The notes beneath the pieces were generated by a model that did not search any database, was not told the origin of the DNA, and saw nothing but the letters and a program-made list of their open reading frames with translations. This document shows positions 61,890 through 64,000 of a DNA stretch of 64,000 bases, one piece after another. This stretch comes from an uncultured Phycisphaeraceae bacterium (GTDB taxonomy: Bacteria > Planctomycetota > Phycisphaerae > UBA1845): positions 49,086 through 113,085 of the forward strand of contig CAZBRD010000012.1 in assembly GCA_964494205.1 (NCBI GenBank). The letters run 5' to 3'. Each line of letters starts with the position of its first letter. Positions within the stretch are counted from its first letter, which is position 1. The position numbers and the translations under genes are program-made.

Positions 61890-64000
61890 ATGACCCATTG
61901 TCCGTCTTGCAAGCGTGAAATTCAGGTTGACGGGCAATTTTGCTCGCATTGTGGCTCGGCGATCGGATTGGTCGCCTCGCCGACCGTAACGTCGCCGCCG
62001 TCGCGCCATCCAAAGACGACACATTCCTTTTCATCGTCTTCTTCGACGGATCACGGCCGCTTTGTGCCGGGGACGATGCTGGGCAATCGATATCGCATCG
62101 TAAGTCGCCTCGGGCAGGGTGGGATGGGGGAAGTCTATCGCGCGGATGATCTGGAGTTGAACCAAGCCGTCGCGCTGAAGTTCTTGCCTGAGCAGGTCTC
62201 CGCAGATCCAAAGCGCCTTATGCGGTTGCGGAATGAAGTGCGTGTCGCGCGACAAATATCGCACTCCGCCGTTTGTCGAGTCTACGATATTGGCGAAGTT
62301 GAGGGGCATTACTTCCTTTCGATGGAGTACATTGACGGGGAGGACCTGGCGGCTGTGCTGCGGCGCATGGGTCGACCCTCTAAGGAAAAAGCGATTGAGA
62401 TAGCGCGACAAGTGTGTGCGGGGCTGGCAGCGGCGCATGACAACGGCGTGCTGCATCGCGATCTGAAACCTGCCAACGTGATGATCGATGGTCGCGGACG
62501 CGTGCGGATCACTGATTTTGGGCTGGCCGGTTTGGCGGATGGGTTTAGGGCGGAAGAGATTCGCGCGGGAACTCCGGCTTACATGGCTCCCGAGCAGTTG
62601 GCTGGGCAAGAGGTTTCTGTCCGGAGCGATATCTATTCGCTTGGTTTGCTGCTGTATGAATTGTTCACGGCCAAGCGGGCGTATGAGGTTGAATCGACCG
62701 ATAGTTTGAAACGAATGCTTGAAGGCTCGACGCCGACCAGCCCGAGCAGCTTTGTTGAGGATATAGACCCGGTCGTCGAACGGATTATTCTGAGGTGTCT
62801 GGAGAAAGACCCTAGGCAGCGGCCGTCATCGGCGCTGCTAGTAGCGGCAGCGTTGCCGGGTGGTGATCCGCTGGCGGCGGCGCTGGCGGCTGGTGAGACG
62901 CCTTCTCCGGAGATGGTCGCCAATGCGGGCGAAGTCGGCGGAATGCGACCCGCTCTGGCCATAGCGTGCGTTGTCGCAATCATCGCCGGAACGTTTGTTT
63001 TGGTTCCGCTATCCCGGATGCAGTCGGTGGCGCGATTGGTTTCCATGCCCAAGCCGCCTGCTGCGCTCGCCGACAGGGCAGCGGTAATTCTCACTAGGCT
63101 GGGGCACACGGGTCCGGTTGCGGACACGGCCTATGGGTTTCAAAGTAACGATTGGCAATTGCGGCACGTTGCGGACACGAATAAGTCCGCGGATCGCTGG
63201 GACAAGATCATCGAGTGGCGGCCCTCTCCGGTTAATTTTTGGTACCGCACAAGTCCGCGCCCGCTTATCCCGGCATCGTCATATGACCAAGTCGGGCCAG
63301 GGCAGCCTCCCCTGGAAGTTTCGGGGATGGCCAATGTGTACCTTGATCCGCAAGGGCGCTTGACTGGGCTGGCCGTGGATCCGCCACAACGAGAAGAAGA
63401 AAATGCAACGACGGCGGCGAAGAAAACGACCGATTGGTCGGTCCTTCTGGCAGAGATCCAATTAGATTCAACAAAGCTTACGGCCAGCGAACCGCGCTGG
63501 ACTCCGGGCAACTATTGCGACGAACGCGCGGCCTGGGAAGGCTACTTCCCCGGCCAGCCGGATGTTCCGATTCGAATCGAAGCCGGCGCCTATCGTGGTG
63601 TCCCGACGTCGTTGCAAATCATCACGCCCTGGAGCAAGCCCTGGCGAATGGAAGAGTGGCCGCAAACGCTTGGGCAAAAGATTGGAGACGCGATCGTACT
63701 GAGTATTCTCATCAGTCTGATTCTGGGCGGGACGATGCTCGCCAGGCGCAACCTCATCCTACGGCGATCCAACCGCGCTGGAGCCAATCGGCTTGCGCTG
63801 GTTTGTTTCTGCCTCATGCTGGTCAGTTGGCTGCTACTTATTAACCACGTCGCGAATTTTTGGGCTGAATTTGATCGTCTCTTTGTCTTGACGGGAAAGG
63901 CAGGGATTGCGGTCGCGGTCATGTGGCTATGGTACATCGCGCTCGAACCGTATGTCCGCCGCCATTGGCCGCATGCGTTGATTTCGTGGAGTCGCCTGTT
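61890..64000 (+). CDS. Ser/Thr protein kinase with an N-terminal zinc ribbon and a C-terminal membrane domain (3' end beyond the window)
   Basis: This ORF is not in the supplied track because it has no stop within the window. CPSCKREIQVDGQFCSHCG, GQGGMGEVY, VALK, HRDLKPANV, DFG and APE motifs are present. TM segments follow the kinase domain. Confidence 0.85.
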   Translation, partial: MTHCPSCKREIQVDGQFCSHCGSAIGLVASPTVTSPPSRHPKTTHSFSSSSSTDHGRFVPGTMLGNRYRIVSRLGQGGMGEVYRADDLELNQAVALKFLPEQVSADPKRLMRLRNEVRVARQISHSAVCRVYDIGEVEGHYFLSMEYIDGEDLAAVLRRMGRPSKEKAIEIARQVCAGLAAAHDNGVLHRDLKPANVMIDGRGRVRITDFGLAGLADGFRAEEIRAGTPAYMAPEQLAGQEVSVRSDIYSLGLLLYELFTAKRAYEVESTDSLKRMLEGSTPTSPSSFVEDIDPVVERIILRCLEKDPRQRPSSALLVAAALPGGDPLAAALAAGETPSPEMVANAGEVGGMRPALAIACVVAIIAGTFVLVPLSRMQSVARLVSMPKPPAALADRAAVILTRLGHTGPVADTAYGFQSNDWQLRHVADTNKSADRWDKIIEWRPSPVNFWYRTSPRPLIPASSYDQVGPGQPPLEVSGMANVYLDPQGRLTGLAVDPPQREEENATTAAKKTTDWSVLLAEIQLDSTKLTASEPRWTPGNYCDERAAWEGYFPGQPDVPIRIEAGAYRGVPTSLQIITPWSKPWRMEEWPQTLGQKIGDAIVLSILISLILGGTMLARRNLILRRSNRAGANRLALVCFCLMLVSWLLLINHVANFWAEFDRLFVLTGKAGIAVAVMWLWYIALEPYVRRHWPHALISWSRL

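Noticed and set aside
1-64000. A search for CRISPR arrays, rRNA, transposases, integrases, reverse transcriptases, toxin-antitoxin pairs and restriction or defence modules.
   Set aside because: No regularly spaced direct repeats with unique spacers were found, because the repeats here are dispersed single hairpins. No ORF carries the relevant catalytic motifs.

Overview
This 64 kb window of roughly 55-60% GC is most consistent with a Planctomycetota (Pirellulales-like) chromosome. The clues are two tandem DUF1559 proteins with prepilin-type N-termini (FTLIELLVVIAIIALLLAILLPSL), dockerin-like Cys-rich secreted proteins, and very dense short hairpin repeats in the intergenic DNA. About 23 kb (27.0-50.0 kb, minus strand) is one co-directional flagellar cluster. 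Its gene order mirrors the Bacillus fla/che operon: flgB-flgC-fliE-fliF-fliG-fliH-fliI-fliJ-ylxF/motE-like-fliK-flgD-flgE-fliL-[no fliM]-fliN-fliO-fliP-fliQ-fliR-flhB-flhA-flhF-flhG-small membrane ORF-fliA. Directly upstream on the same strand is a tightly packed TPR / FlgN-like / soluble histidine kinase / sigma-54 response regulator operon, followed by a good sigma-54 -24/-12 promoter in front of flgB. The flanks carry housekeeping genes (tadA, tmk, dacB, pcm, arcC, truD, an RND pump with its adaptor, a PP2C phosphatase, a Ser/Thr kinase) and two visibly lower-GC accessory patches: Cys-rich lipoprotein paralogs at 8.5-9.7 kb and three secreted proteins at 23.5-26.3 kb. I saw no rRNA, tRNA, CRISPR array, transposase, integrase or obvious defence/TA module. 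The items most worth a second look are: (i) a two-member family of ~97-aa proteins with an invariant PGCYVC(N/D)WSGHLVRV core, one copy behind a near-consensus sigma-28 promoter and the other next to the flagellar regulatory operon; (ii) a ~100-bp palindromic element inserted in frame in the conserved pcm gene; (iii) at least five families of short palindromic/hairpin repeats, one of them placed inside the flagellar operon; (iv) a G12 homopolymer upstream of the low-GC secreted-protein cluster; (v) a FliN with two copies of the FliM/FliY-type CheY-binding EIDALL peptide in a cluster that lacks fliM. All functional calls rest on motif recognition by eye. No database search was run.
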